A DNA stretch of 62,739 bases, filler included, from Asterionella formosa (taxonomy: Eukaryota), in NCBI GenBank assembly GCA_002256025.1. It is 5 parts of 5 records of this genome, joined end to end, with 100 filler letters (N's around TTAATTAATTAA, not from the genome) between each part and the next. Parts side by side here need not be neighbours in the genome. Positions count along the whole stretch, not along the records: positions 1 to 12,486 come from NKIB01007483.1; 4 more parts are not named here. The stretch is one strand, 5' to 3'. Positions 1-12,586 of this stretch are shown one piece after another; positions within the stretch are counted from its first letter, which is position 1, and each line of letters opens with the position of its first letter. Below the pieces are notes generated by a model. That model was not told the DNA's origin and made no database searches. It saw only the letters and a list, made by a program, of their open reading frames with translations. The position numbers were made by a program, and so were the translations under genes.

Positions 1-839
1 TGAGGGAAACCACCGAATATCAAATACAAATAAACGTAGTTTAATAACCAATAAGACAGGATCAATATCGAACGAATCTATTTTAGTTATATGAGATAGT
101 ATCGTCATTTCCACAAAAGGCAACTCATCAACCATCAGTTGGATCGCTCACAAAACGGCAACAAGAGAAGACCGGGAACATTCGAATATACATGAATGAC
201 ACCTGGAACATCGCCCATACCACCTCTCAAATCGATACTGAGATCGCCACCAAACATTGTCAAGGAGGACCCAGCAGCTTTGATGGAAACGGCATCGGCA
301 TCTGAAGCAAGTTACAAATCGAATCCAACAACAACCGAAAACAAACCCGGAAACCCATCAGATACTTTCATACCGGGATCGTAAGACTATTCACCCGTAG
401 GAACTTCGAATATTCTCACATTTGCATCTGATTTATACTCCTGACTTTGTTGTGTGCATCCTTGTGATGCATCATTTGGGCCATTCAGGGACCCGCCCGA
501 TGCCATGGCCATTATTCTCATGAGTAAGTGTCTCCAAAACATCGATACATTGTTTGGGAATGTTGAATCATCAATTGCATTTTACAAAACTAGATGGAGT
601 TGCTGTATGAAAACCTTGGCTCGATAGATCCTTGAATAAATTGTGTTAAGATTTCCGATTGCTTTAGTCAGTGAACATTGGGCGCGCTCTGATAATAAAA
701 TTTTTTTATATATCATGTGTATTATAACACAAATCGTTGTACCCATAACCTCTTGCCCAAATAGGTATGCATATGCATATCGTTACATATCCATCAACCT
801 CCTCAATAAATTGATCGTCATCGCTTTTAGATTTCGGCC

Positions 840-2041
840 ATGTCTTCATCTTCTTCTGGTCAAAGGAGAGCAGCCAGGGAGGGCTTCCCTTCCTCTCCAA
901 GGCTGCTTGAACGTCGCTGTCACCAGCAACAAGAACAACAACAGACTCAACCAGAAGAAGAGGAGGAGGACGACGATGAGAATGAAGATGACACTGGTAC
1001 TGATGAGTTTGCCAGTGACAATGAGGACAGTAGGATAGGTGTCCCAGGTGTTTCTCAGATTGGTGTTTCTGGGGTTACTCAGTCCCCATCAAGGAACAAC
1101 AACGATTTTTCACGTGCTCCTACTAGTTCAGTTTCAAGAACGGCAACTGCCAGACCCAGGCGAGCACCAACATTTCCAAGAGCTCGCCGAAGCATGCAGA
1201 GTCGGGGTCAACAGTTCAGGATCAATGAGATTCTCTCATTGCTGGAAACCATTTCTATTCACCTGCCAATTGGTTCCCATGAATGGGAAGTTGTTGCTTC
1301 ACAGCACAACGAGAATTTCCCAGACAAAGAACGGACAGGACCTTAACTTCGCCGAAAATTTTCACAACTGCACAAAGTTAAGAAACCAACTGGGGACCCA
1401 ACATGCCCTGTTGAGGTGAGATATGCCAAACAAATTTTTCGAAGAATCGAGCAACAAGCAGATGCAAGTGCTGAGATTGAATCCACTGATCTTGGAATAG
1501 AGAGAGAGCCCAATGAGCCCAATATTGATGAGCCAAATGTTGATGATGATTTTATAGCGATTTCTGGGGAGAGTGAAGACAATGGTGGAGCAACATCTGC
1601 CGCTTATGCTAATTTTTCTGGTTCAAGATTTCCTCGACCTATGGTATCCCCTCGATTTAGAGATAAGGCAGTGTCAAACAATACTGGGCCTGTTGAGAAA
1701 GTGCTTTCTCTTCTTTCGACACAGTTGCTTCACAAGGCTACTCGAACTGATACTGATAACCTGCAGCAGCAGCAACAGAACATGATGATGATGTCAATCA
1801 TGGCATTATTGTTGAATCGTGGTGTATCTCAAACAACCACCTCCACTGACAGTGCTGATCACATTCAGGAATGATGAATTCAATAATTGCTTCAAACATG
1901 ATTTCAATGCAGCAAACAATGCAAAGCCAAGATCTACTAACCTCAACAGCAGGTGCCAATGCACAACAAACTTTGTCTGCCTCAACTCAATGTCAAACAC
2001 CAAAAAACAACAGTGGTAGCAGTAGTAGTGATGATGAATAA
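840..2041 (+). pseudogene. Harbinger accessory Myb/SANT-like protein (resembles DUF6818), with in-frame stops
   Basis: EILSLLETISIHLPIGSHEWEVVASQHN..ERT..*LRRKFSQLHKVKKPTGDPTCPVEVRYAKQI; stops at 1344 and 1872. Confidence 0.7.
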
Positions 2042-2115
2042 CCTTAAATTAATTCATTCTAATAAAATGTGAAAGAAGTGGTGCTAAATAATCATGAATG
2101 AATAATTTCTTTGAA

Positions 2116-3321
2116 TTACATGGCATATCTATTTGCATTCCTATGCAAATAGGGCATATACAATGAAACAATTTGGTTCTGACCAACTTTGCTAGCACGA
2201 AAGTTGTAGAGCAATACAATCATTTGGAGAATTAATTTTCTCTCACCTTTTTCTTCATAACGAAATTTGTCTTAGATTCTCGGAATTGATCCTTGAAGGC
2301 ATCGCATTCCCCATTCCGACAGCTGTCGGATGGAGGTGGCTTGGCGATTCATACCAAATCTTTGTCGAGGATTACCATTTGCATCAACATTGTTTTGATG
2401 CGATTTCAACATTGCATTTGTTTTTTTAGATGCAAATGCTGAATCCACAACTACTTTTTTGCCTGTATCCCTTTAAACTGTTTCAATCTGATCATAGATC
2501 GTTGACCAAGCAAAGTGCCATGGTGGAGTCAAGTAAAACACCAGGTGCATTGAAATATGAGCAGCGAATTTTGCCATTAGGCGAAAAAAGAAACAAGTTT
2601 GTCACATAGTGTTCATGAGTCCATCCATTGTAGAAGTTGTTCTGCTGTGTCGCATTTCCAGCCCGTTGCAGGGTCAGTTTCAGACCATCCATTGCGGCCC
2701 CCAACAATTTGTTATAAGTGGGTATTTCTGATTGATCATGGTTGCAAACAAGGTGGCTTCGTCTGCAGCAGGCAGTCTCACAACGGCATCTTCATGTGTC
2801 AGCAGTACTTTTACAATCATTCGCCTTGAAAACCTCAACCAAACACTCAAAGAACAATGAGTTAATCCGAAAATAATCTGAAGAATCATATAGGAACCAC
2901 GAGTTCTGGTCCATGCTAACCCAAGCGCTAGACAAGTGATGGAACAGAGGTATCTTTGCCGACCTTTCTTTATTGTTGAATTTCTAACAATGAAATCCAT
3001 ATTTTTCCTACAGGGAGTGAAGGAATAAAAACAAGGTTTGAACAGCTGGTGTAGGAGCTCGAAAGAAGCATGGTCAAACCCACACAAGGTAATCAGAGCA
3101 TCATCATGCTTGCTGTTGAACAAAGTCCAGAATGGACTCGATAATGGATGCTGTAGTGCGTGGCGACGGATTTTGCCACTTTTTCTTCTGACCTCATCAA
3201 CAGTCGAACTTTCCCTGAACTATGGCGTCCTATTTACTGGTGAATAGCACATTGCTAACAGTAGAAATGTGATCATAATGTCATCATTATCATCATCAGG
3301 AGATGAGATGAAAGTCGACAT
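2116..3321 (-). pseudogene. Harbinger DDE transposase (DDE_Tnp_4 type), frameshifted
   Basis: Motifs GAAMDGLKL..NNFYNGW.H.HYVTNLFLFSPNG..NAPG..DS, VVDSAF and RQLSEWG across shifted frames. Confidence 0.85.
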
Positions 3322-4825
3322 GGTCAGTGACCGACGATGATGAATATTTAGAGCTCATGCATAAAATGAACAAGAGGCGGCATAGCATACAAGAGGATGC
3401 ATCGATATGAAAATTTAACTGTTGAAAATTAAAGTTAAAAATATATAATGTCAGAGAAGTAATCTAACATATCTCTATTATCAGAGCGCAAGGACGATAT
3501 TATGTAGCAGATCACCAGAATAATTTGTGTTATAATACACACATGATATAATAATTTTTTATTATCAGAGCGCGCCCATTATCATCATATTTAAACAATT
3601 CTCAAATACTTTTGAGCATGACCACGAGTGAAATGATGAAGCAACAAACAACAAAGCTATTAAAAACTACTGTGTTTATGCATTCAGGTTATTCAAATCA
3701 CCAAACAGACTGATACATTGCACCTTTGGAAATCACCATAGTATTTTCATCACAATATTTCTCCTGTAGTAATGATTGATTGACTAAATAAATTCACCAA
3801 AGGATGCAAACAAGGCCTTCCTGTCTTCCTCACCCAACAGGGACTCCAATCCAAGTCCACCTAACAAGCCTGCTTCTCCAATAGCTCCAGCTCCCAACAA
3901 CAAAATGAGTCCACAAACGAAAACAAACCCAAAACTGGAACCAATATCAATGCCTACATTCTTTCACTCTTTGTACAAAAAATTGATTTGCATATTAGAG
4001 AATATTGGCAAAATGGGTTGTACCATGTTCTCATCAACCACACATTTTATGTTGTTACTCTGCCTATAATGAGCCAGACGATGTAAGCTATTTTGGAAGA
4101 CCAATAGTTTGAAAATGAATGATCATGGTTAAAAACCTATGATCAGTAAGTGTAAGATAGACATGGGTCTATCTATGATTGCTGTATGTTTCTAGAAATG
4201 CAAAAAGCATTTGGAGAATAGTTGTTTAATTGCTTGTTTGTTCAAACAGAACAACCTAAAACTAGATTAGTAAACTCACAATAAGAATATAGAAATGGAA
4301 AGAGAAACAAATGTCTCTATCTATAGTCTTCTTCTTTGTCTAACGATATAGATCTATCAAAAAGGTAATACTTTAACACGTTTATAAATGAACTTAAGTG
4401 TTAAACATGTCTACAGAAATGTCTAAAGAGAGCATGAGGCTCATCAAGTTTGATGGCAATAAGACAAACTGGTACCAGTGTAGCATTTAAACGCTTGCTC
4501 TTGCCAAGGCCCCAGAGGATTCCGAAAAATGTACTCGAAGAACCACAACCCATGCTCTGACGAAGAGTACGAACTTGAGACAGACAAGGGAGTCAGGGCA
4601 ATCTGCGAGGCCAACAACAATGCTTACCAGTCGCTCATCATGGCTGAGCTGCACTGGAATTGCCTTTGGACTCATGAAACAAGCAAAAACGAAAACATTG
4701 ATCGATGGCGTTACAAAAATGGCGTGGAAGAACCTCGAAGCGAGGTATGCCCCCCATTCTGTGATGGACCTGATCCAGCTGGCAAGCGATTTTAACAAAT
4801 GCAAGCTTAACGATAACTCCTCTGA

Positions 4826-5972
4826 CGTCTGCAAATAAAAAATATCGTACTTATAAGATCATTTTCTGTGCATGATACATGTGATAAATGCATACTATGA
4901 AAGTGAACAGGCTACTTACTCATAATAATCAAACCATCATATAATTATCAAAACATTATTCTATGTTGTATATTCTTTTATCATAGACCTATCCTGCCTT
5001 ATGTGATGGTAACACTAATCGAAATAGCTGTTAAAAATAGGTTGAAATGGATTGTAATTTTACTGTTATATCACGAAATCATTTTTATGTTTCTACATTT
5101 TATGTGGTTAAACAGCCAATGTTCCCCTTTTCTATTGTCTCAACGCTCTTGATGCATGCCTCCTGCCTCCCTTCAATGCTCGTGAGGATGCATGCCTCCC
5201 CCGACTCCCTTCAATGCTCTTGAGGATGCATTGCCTCCTGCCTTCAAATCTCTTGATGCATGCCTCCCGCCTCCCTTCCACTCAGAATCTAAAACTCATC
5301 TGACTACATGCTGCAAATCCCATTTCCTTTTGATCCGATTCTGTTTTATCTATTTTGATATCCTAATCATAACAACAATGAGAAGGAATTACTCGCTCGT
5401 TAGCAATGCTTTGATTATATCTCACCACTGCAATCCCATTTTAGCATGCTCCACTTACCAGAAATCGATGAACTTTTCGCATAATTCAGTAAAATGGGCA
5501 TGATTAAAATTCAAATCAATCGTGTACATACGTTTACATACAAAAATATCTTTGCAACATATTGGTACTACAAGGAGGGTACCAGGTAGTACAATAGTTG
5601 ATACAATAGACAGTAGTACCTGGTACCAGTACTCACACACAAGTAGACTCGAATATGCATATGCATATATACATTTCTATCATGTCTTCTAAACTATAGA
5701 TTGCTACAGCAGATATGTACATATACCCATGTACAACTGTCCTACTCATACAACACGAATGATTCAAATTCAGATTGAGCGGTTGTTGATGTTTGCAGCC
5801 AGTGATGGTATACATACAAAAATACATGTATCGATATATATTTATACATACAATGCATATTCTACATGACAATAAATATTATTCATATTAGATGATAAAT
5901 CGATTTTACATGATCATAAGATCGCCATTATAAGATGCATCACACGAATTAGATGTTTTCTATTTGCAGACA
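4826..5972. mobile_element. Non-autonomous 1.15-kb TIR element, termini CGTCTGCAAATA...TATTTGCAGACA, 2-bp TSD GA
   Basis: Inverted termini; removing the element plus one GA restores the copia gag frame (TCT GAT CCA GAC = S-D-P-D). Confidence 0.8.
5140..5281. repeat. Degenerate ~35-bp tandem repeat (about 4 copies) inside the TIR element
   Basis: Recurring ctcttga(g)gatgcatgcctcc..cctcccttcaatg. Confidence 0.8.
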
Positions 5973-6323
5973 GATCCAGACAAAGGGTTCATTGAGCTCG
6001 ATCTCATACAAAGCAAGATGAACGCGATCAACCCATCGTTTGAGAAGAAAGAAATGGAAGTTATTGCGAACTTTATCGACAAGCTTCCAGTGGAGAACAG
6101 CAAGGTTGTTACAGTTGTCAAGGGCATGACAACAATCAGCATCAATGAATTGAAAGACAAGATCCGAGCATTCTACAAACGAAAGCTAAAGGGCACGAAG
6201 AGCACAAAGGAGATCTCCCTATTCACGCAGAAAAACAAAGGTATCTGCAAGAACTGCGGCAAACAAGGGCACAAGGCCGATGTGTACCAATCGAAAATGA
6301 ACACAAGCGGAACAAATGCAAAC

Positions 6324-6599
6324 TGTTGGAGAAATTATTTTAGGAAAGAAAAATCCCGGTATAAATTACCTACTACATATTGACCAAATGAATCAAAAAA
6401 GAATATGGTACCAGAGAAAACTCAGAATTCGAAAACAATCTACATCGCCAGTAAAACTCATAATTCTACTAAAACTGTTAGGAACGATTACAATCAGTTA
6501 CTGCAACATCGTTGTTCATATCTACAGCCTATTAAGTCCCTGATGTGTCCTTACAGGATACAAGAAAGCAATAGAGGGTTTCGGGACGCAATTTCAACA
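6324..6599 (+). repeat. 5' LTR of copia element B
   Basis: TGTTG...CAACA; homologous inverted copy at 37341-37607. Confidence 0.85.
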
Positions 6600-6628
6600 G
6601 TTTTAGTCGAATTAGCCGGCCAGGAAGA
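6600..6628 (+). promoter_or_regulatory. Probable tRNA-Arg-type primer binding site
   Basis: GTTTTAGTCGAATTAGCCGGCCAGGAAG follows the LTR; imperfect match to the complement of the eukaryotic tRNA-Arg 3' end (CGAGCCAGCCAGGAG). Confidence 0.5.
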
Positions 6629-9180
6629 GCCGTAATATTACAATCAACAACAGGTGGACCGTTGAGAGTCCAGAGACAAGATCTGAGGGTACCAGACCAT
6701 CCAGAGTCTGAAGAAGTCGCACAAGGTGCATCATGAGTGGCAAAGGAAAGTTTACCAAGAAGGCTTTGGCAAAGGGCAAGTTTCAAGCCAAGGGAGGGAG
6801 CAATAATGATTCTCACACCATAAAGAAGTCAGTAATGACTATAACCACTACCTCAGATCGGTGAAGCAGGCATCTGATTATGAGACTACTACTGAGTACC
6901 TCATCAACTACATCAAAAAAAGTTTGACTATGGCAATGACATAGGAACCGCGCTCGAGTAATTAGAACCAATGAACACATTGGCATGGAAGCCAAGAATG
7001 CAAGTGAGCATTGCAACAACAGAAGAAGATTTCACTGCAGATAATCGACAATATGAGATTGAGTTCAAGGCTGATTATGACACCTACAGAAAAAGGGTAC
7101 AGGCCTATGAAAATAATAATACCAAGGCATATGCAACAAAGCCATGAAGAACAAAATCGAAGCAAGATCCAACTGCAATGCATAGGATCAAAAATAACCC
7201 AATAACATTGCTTATGGCAGCCAATTCAAGAACACGCACTAAATTTTCAAGAGAATCGATATTCAATGTCAATCATTTTAGATGCGATGAGAATGCTTCT
7301 ATTTACAAAGCAAAAGGAAGGGGAAAGTCTACAAGACTACACCAAATGATTTCGTGTGGCACAAGATGATGTGCTCAAGTCACACATGGGAGGACCCATT
7401 ATCCTTACCAAGTTCATTGAAGCCATGGATGGATACAACAAGACCAACATCAAGCTACAAGATAAATTTCGTGAACAAGCTTTCAGTCAATTTATGGCCT
7501 ATTTATACCTCGATAATGCGGATAAAGCCAAATATTGATCAATTATGACCGGGCTGAACACTCAATTGTCGCTTGGCAATGATCAATACCCAAAAAGTAT
7601 CACCAAATCAAATAATGTTCTCAGTGACCATAGGTTTGACGTAACAAATAAACCCAACAGTCACAAGATGCCAGGAGATTACAATAATGACAGAGAGCAA
7701 AAGGATGCAGGGAAGGAAGATGAAGATGTGAACTTATCCTTTGCACAGTAAGACGGAAAATGTTACTGCTGTGGAAGAGCTGGACATAAATCACTGTCAT
7801 GTCGCGATAAGAATAAACCCAAAGAGGAATGGGCAATCAACAAGGCCCAACAAAGCTATGCACAGGCACAGGCTTCTACATCAGACACAAAAACGGTTAC
7901 CTATGTTACTTCCAACATCTCACCGTCATCAAAAGCTTCACAACAAGTAAAATTTCAATCAATTTGGATGGGCGGGAGCTCATATCAAACTACAATTTTA
8001 CCAAGCATCTGAGATGCGTGACAGGATAATTTTGGATAATCAATCAAGTGTCACAGTCTTTTGCAATCCAAAAATAGTTGAAAACATTCGAATGTCAACC
8101 AATGGAAGCATGCACCCGGCTACAAATGGTGGATCCATGGTCACTTATATGAAGGCTGATCTTCCACAATGGGGAGAAGTATGGTTTAATGAGAAGGCAA
8201 TCACCATCTTCTTCAGTTATGCCTAGATGGCAGATAGGTACAGAATGATCTATGACTCTGAGAAAGAAGATGCATTTATTGTTCATTTGCCTGACAAACC
8301 AGTTCGATTTGAAAGAATTGGGATGAAACTTTATATTTTCAAGCCTCCTAAAACAATTAAGGCGGAGAATGAACAAATGTTAAATACACTTGAAGAAGAA
8401 AAAAACATTTTACACTGAACATCAATTTCAGAGAGCTAAGCAACCTCGTGATCTATATCATGCCTTGGGTACACCGTCATTTAATGATTTCAAGGCAATA
8501 ATTTGTATGAATACGATCAACAATAATCCAGTGACTACCGATGATATCAAAATTGCAGAGAAAATTTTTGGACCTGACATTGGGACACTAAAAGGCAAGG
8601 CAACTCGTTGCAAGCCGCTGCCAGTCATGAACGACTACATCAAGATTCCTAAAGAGTTTGTCAGAGCTCAACGCAAAGTGCCTCTTTGCATGGATGGAAT
8701 GAAAGTGAATGGACAATCATTTCTCACAACAATTTCTCAAAACATTATGTATAGGACAGCGCAATGGGTCAAGAAGAGTATTCCATGTTTATATTACCGG
8801 AGGATTTAAAATTACAACAATCCACTATGACAACGAGTTTCGACCTTTGATGGAACAACTTTCCAATGAATTTCAAGTCAGTATGAACTATGGAAACCCA
8901 CAAGAACGTGTTCCTGAAGCGGAACGAAATAATCGAGTGATTAAAGAACGCGTGCGCGCAGTTTATCATCAATCACCTTTCAAAAATTTGCCACAACTAA
9001 GATTCTAGTCACAGAATCTGCAAAGAAACTGAATTTCTATTCGGCAAAGAACGGAATATCCCTGTTTTACAGTCCTCGTATGATTTTACATCAACGAAAC
9101 CTGGACTATGCTCGACATTGCCAGTATACATTTGGTACCACTTATGTCCAAGCACATGAAGAACCGGTGTTTCATGAGAA

Positions 9181-9521
9181 AGAAGAACCAGTAAATGAAA
9201 CTGAAAATGAAGAGGCAATGGTAGAAGTCAATCCAAGCACTGAGGATGATACAGTACCAAATGCTAGAACTACAAGGTCTGGAAGAGTCTCAAGACCACC
9301 ATCAAAACAACTATGGTCCAACATCATTTGCATGTTGAAATGAATGCATACGAAATCCAAGATGAGGATGAAGAACCAGTAAATGAAACTGAAAATGAAG
9401 AGGCAATGTTAGAAGTCAATCCAAGCACTGAGGATGACACAGAACCAAATTTTAGAACTACAAGGTCTGAAAGAGTCTCAAGACCACCATCAAAACTAAC
9501 TATGGTCCAACATCATTTGCA
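9181..9521. repeat. Tandem duplication (~188-bp period) in the integrase-RT linker of element B
   Basis: gaagaaccagtaaatgaaactgaaaatgaagaggcaat...ccaacatcatttgcat occurs twice. Confidence 0.85.
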
Positions 9522-12194
9522 TACCAAAGCACACTGTCAAGAAGAATACACAACTGATAATGCGAAAGTGATCGCAATGACAATGTGTTATATGAATGAG
9601 ATGTCTATCGATAAAGAAGCATTTCACTTTGTTCAGTCATACAGCTTAAGAAAAGGCATCAAGAAATTTGGCCAGAAAGGAAGGGATGCTGCGTGTAAGG
9701 AAATGAAACAACTACATGATAGAGATGTATTTGAACCGATTAGATGTTATGACTGCAGATATGATATCCAATGCATTTGTGCAGGTGGATATCGATGAGA
9801 GAGAAAAAGGCAAACAAATCATCATGAAGATTAGAGATTTATTTGTCAATAAGTTGACAGAACTCAGCCTTGAGACTTATGAAAAATATGTTGTTTATGA
9901 AGGGAACAACAAGGCCCTATATGTTAGGATGGTCAAGGCATTATATGGCATGTTACAGTCGTCATTGTTATATTACAAGAAATCTCTGAAAAATATTGAG
10001 TCAATTGGATTCAAGGTCAACCCAAATGATCCATGCGTTGCAAATCGCACTTTTAATGGCAAACAGCACACAGTTACTTGGCACGTAGAAGATTTGAAAT
10101 CTAGTCATGTGGACAGCAAAGTGAACAATCAATTTTTGGAATGGCTCAAAAATAAACACGCTTCTGACAATATTGGTGAAGTCAAGGTCATGCGTAAGAA
10201 GCATGATTATATGGCGATGACACTAGATTACTCTCTTCCAGGAGTGTTGAGGGTGGACATGACCAAATATGTGAAATCAATGATTGATGATTTTCCAGAG
10301 AAACTTGAAGGTGTCGGAAAATTTCCATGGACAGATAAATTGTTCACTGTTGATACGAAATCAAAAAAGCTTGAATATGAAAAAGCAAAAATATTTCATA
10401 CTTTTGTTATAAAAGGAATGTTCCTATGTAAGCGAGGAAGAAAGGACATTCAACCAGGAATTGCATTTCTGGCAACCCGAACTACCAAACCAAATGAAGG
10501 CAATTGGGCAAAAATAGTCAAGATCATGAATTTCTTGAAAGCAACTCAGAATGAGGTTGTATCTATGAGTGCTGATGACACTCAGAGCATTAAATGGAAC
10601 GTTGATGCGGCGTTTGCAGTACACAAAGATTTTAAAAAGTCACACAGGAGCTACATTGTTACTTGGAAACAGAGTTATTTGTTTTATGTCCATGAAACAG
10701 AAAGTGAAAACTAGTAGAAGTTCGACTGAAGCAGAATTGTTTGGTGTTGATGACATTATATCAAAGGTGTTGTGGACGAAATGATTTATTGAAGCACAAG
10801 GACACAAGGTGACTACGAATGTCATTTACCGTGACAACATTAGCGCAATGAAGCTAGAAGCAAATGGAAAAGCAAGTTCAGGAAAATGCACGCAACATTT
10901 CAACATCAAATATTTTTACATTACTGATCTTATTGAAAGAAAGGAAGTACAAATTAAGTACTGTCCAACGGATGCAATGATCGCAGACTACATGACAAAA
11001 CCACTGGTTGGAACGAAATTTATTGACCAATACTGCGCATCAAGCCATGGAACAGAGCGCTGGCTCGCAGACACCGGGGCTACCACACGCATCACTATGA
11101 CTGACAAATACATGACCAACGTCGAAAATGTCAACGTCTCGGTCATTGTTGGTGATGGTAAAGAGGTGGTATGCACGAAACGAGGTGATATTCTGATTAC
11201 CAATAAAACGTGCTCCATGTTACTACGCAAGGTACTCTACACTCCACACTCCCACAAGAATATTGTCAGCATCGAGCAATTTGTTAAGAACAGAAGGTGC
11301 GAGGCATGCATGAAGGGGTCCAAGTTGAGTCTACATAAGGAAGGGTATGACAACAAACTTACCTTTTCTTGTGAGGATCAGGGCATCCTCTACTACTTCA
11401 AGGGAAAACATACCCTACAATCCGAAACGGTCTTGTCTATCCATGACTCGACAACAAGCCCTACACCCGATCCTACTCCAACAATTACCAAGACAGTGAT
11501 GCAACTTCCTAAGCCAAAAACTACCAAGAAACCAACGCAAATTGACATCAACAAGGCCCACGACAAATATGCTCACATCAGCGTGGCATCCCTTCTCGCA
11601 ACGCTAAAGTCCCTTGGTATTGAACCTATGGGCAAGATTCAGTCGTGTGAAGGCTGCGCACTAGCTAAGGCAAAGGCCAAAGCGATATCTAAAGTCACAA
11701 CCCTCAAGGCCTCTACTCCTGCTGAATGGATTGTACGTGGACATTTCAGGTCCCGTCATGTTTTCACTGGCGTTGTTGCAGCATAGGAAGCATATTACAT
11801 AGCCCACTGAATTGAGTGTAGTCAGTAGGGCATCTGCAATGTTCGCCAAAAGACTCTTCTTGTTATCAAAATAAGCAACTCCATGCCTTGCCTGTATACT
11901 GATCTACAAATAGAATCCAGTAATTGCTTCCAATTAGAGATTTCTTGTAAGTCTAAGTATTGTCTGCACCAAGCAGGGTATTCAGATTGAGTATAGCTGC
12001 TGCCCTCCATACTCGTTCCTCAACAGAACGGAGTCATGGAACGAAAATTTGTGACGATACAAGGTCGAACATGCACCTCCATGTCCAGCGCAAAACTGTC
12101 AGACGAATACCAGGGGCTACTGTTGGCCAAGGTGGGGTGGGTCACGATTCAGACGCCAAGGCAGAAATTATCCCCAAAGAGTATTATGCCCAAC

Positions 12195-12472
12195 ACGAAA
12201 AGTTCAGTGTTGCTGGTTTTAGTGTAACGGATGATAAAGATTTTAGAATGACCTGATACCAGGTACCGATCAATCTTCCTGTCGCTCCTATTATATATGC
12301 CCTTCGCGAAAAGTTCAGTGTTGTTGTATGTATCGAAATCCGAGGTAACGAACTGTACCGCTGATCGCTCCGATGAATCTTTCTGTCGCTCGTAATATAG
12401 ATGCCCTCCGCGAATCGTACACTGTTGCTGGTATTAGTCTACTGGGGTAACAGATGATAAAGATTTTAGAAC
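12195..12472. repeat. Degenerate ~110-bp tandem repeat
   Basis: cgaaaagttcagtgttg, tcttyctgtcgctc and gatgataaagattttagaa blocks recur. Confidence 0.65.
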
Positions 12473-12486
12473 AAGTGGCACTTGCT

Positions 12487-12586
12487 NNNNNNNNNNNNNN
12501 NNNNNNNNNNNNNNNNNNNNNNNNNNNNNNTTAATTAATTAANNNNNNNNNNNNNNNNNNNNNNNNNNNNNNNNNNNNNNNNNNNN
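12487..12586. other. Artificial contig spacer (same at 25060-25159, 37624-37723, 50184-50283)
   Basis: Exactly 44 N + TTAATTAATTAA + 44 N, four times. Confidence 0.95.

Larger units (their letters stand above)
680..3577. mobile_element. PIF/Harbinger (PHIS) DNA transposon, full length, decayed
   Basis: TIR GGGCGCGCTCTGATAATAAAA...TATATCATGTGT at 680; inverted copy ends at 3577; ATT on both flanks (677-679, 3578-3580); two convergent ORFs inside. Confidence 0.92.
6324..11021 (+). mobile_element. Ty1/copia element B (CoDiII-like), decayed, 3' LTR missing
   Basis: 5' LTR; gag with CYCCGRAGH; protease ILDNQSS; integrase YDNEF..VPEAERNNRVIKER; RT KALYGMLQS / TWHVEDLK; RNase H VDAAFAVH..ADYMTKPL; many stops and frameshifts. 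Confidence 0.88.
4053..12140 (+). mobile_element. Ty1/copia element A, decayed host of two nested insertions
   Basis: gag 4407-4825 continues at 5973-6323 (zinc knuckle CKNCGKQGH); protease WLADTGAT, pre-integrase HDKYAH..CEGC and integrase VDISGP / PQQNGVMERK at 11025-12140; 5' LTR 4053-4378 is only a guess. Confidence 0.75.

Noticed and set aside
10809..11786. Apparent novel retroelement order RH-PR-INT
   Set aside because: Explained by nesting of element B in element A plus a deletion
12531..12542. TTAATTAATTAA palindrome, four times
   Set aside because: Centred in identical 100-bp N spacers; an assembly linker, so adjacency across it is not evidence
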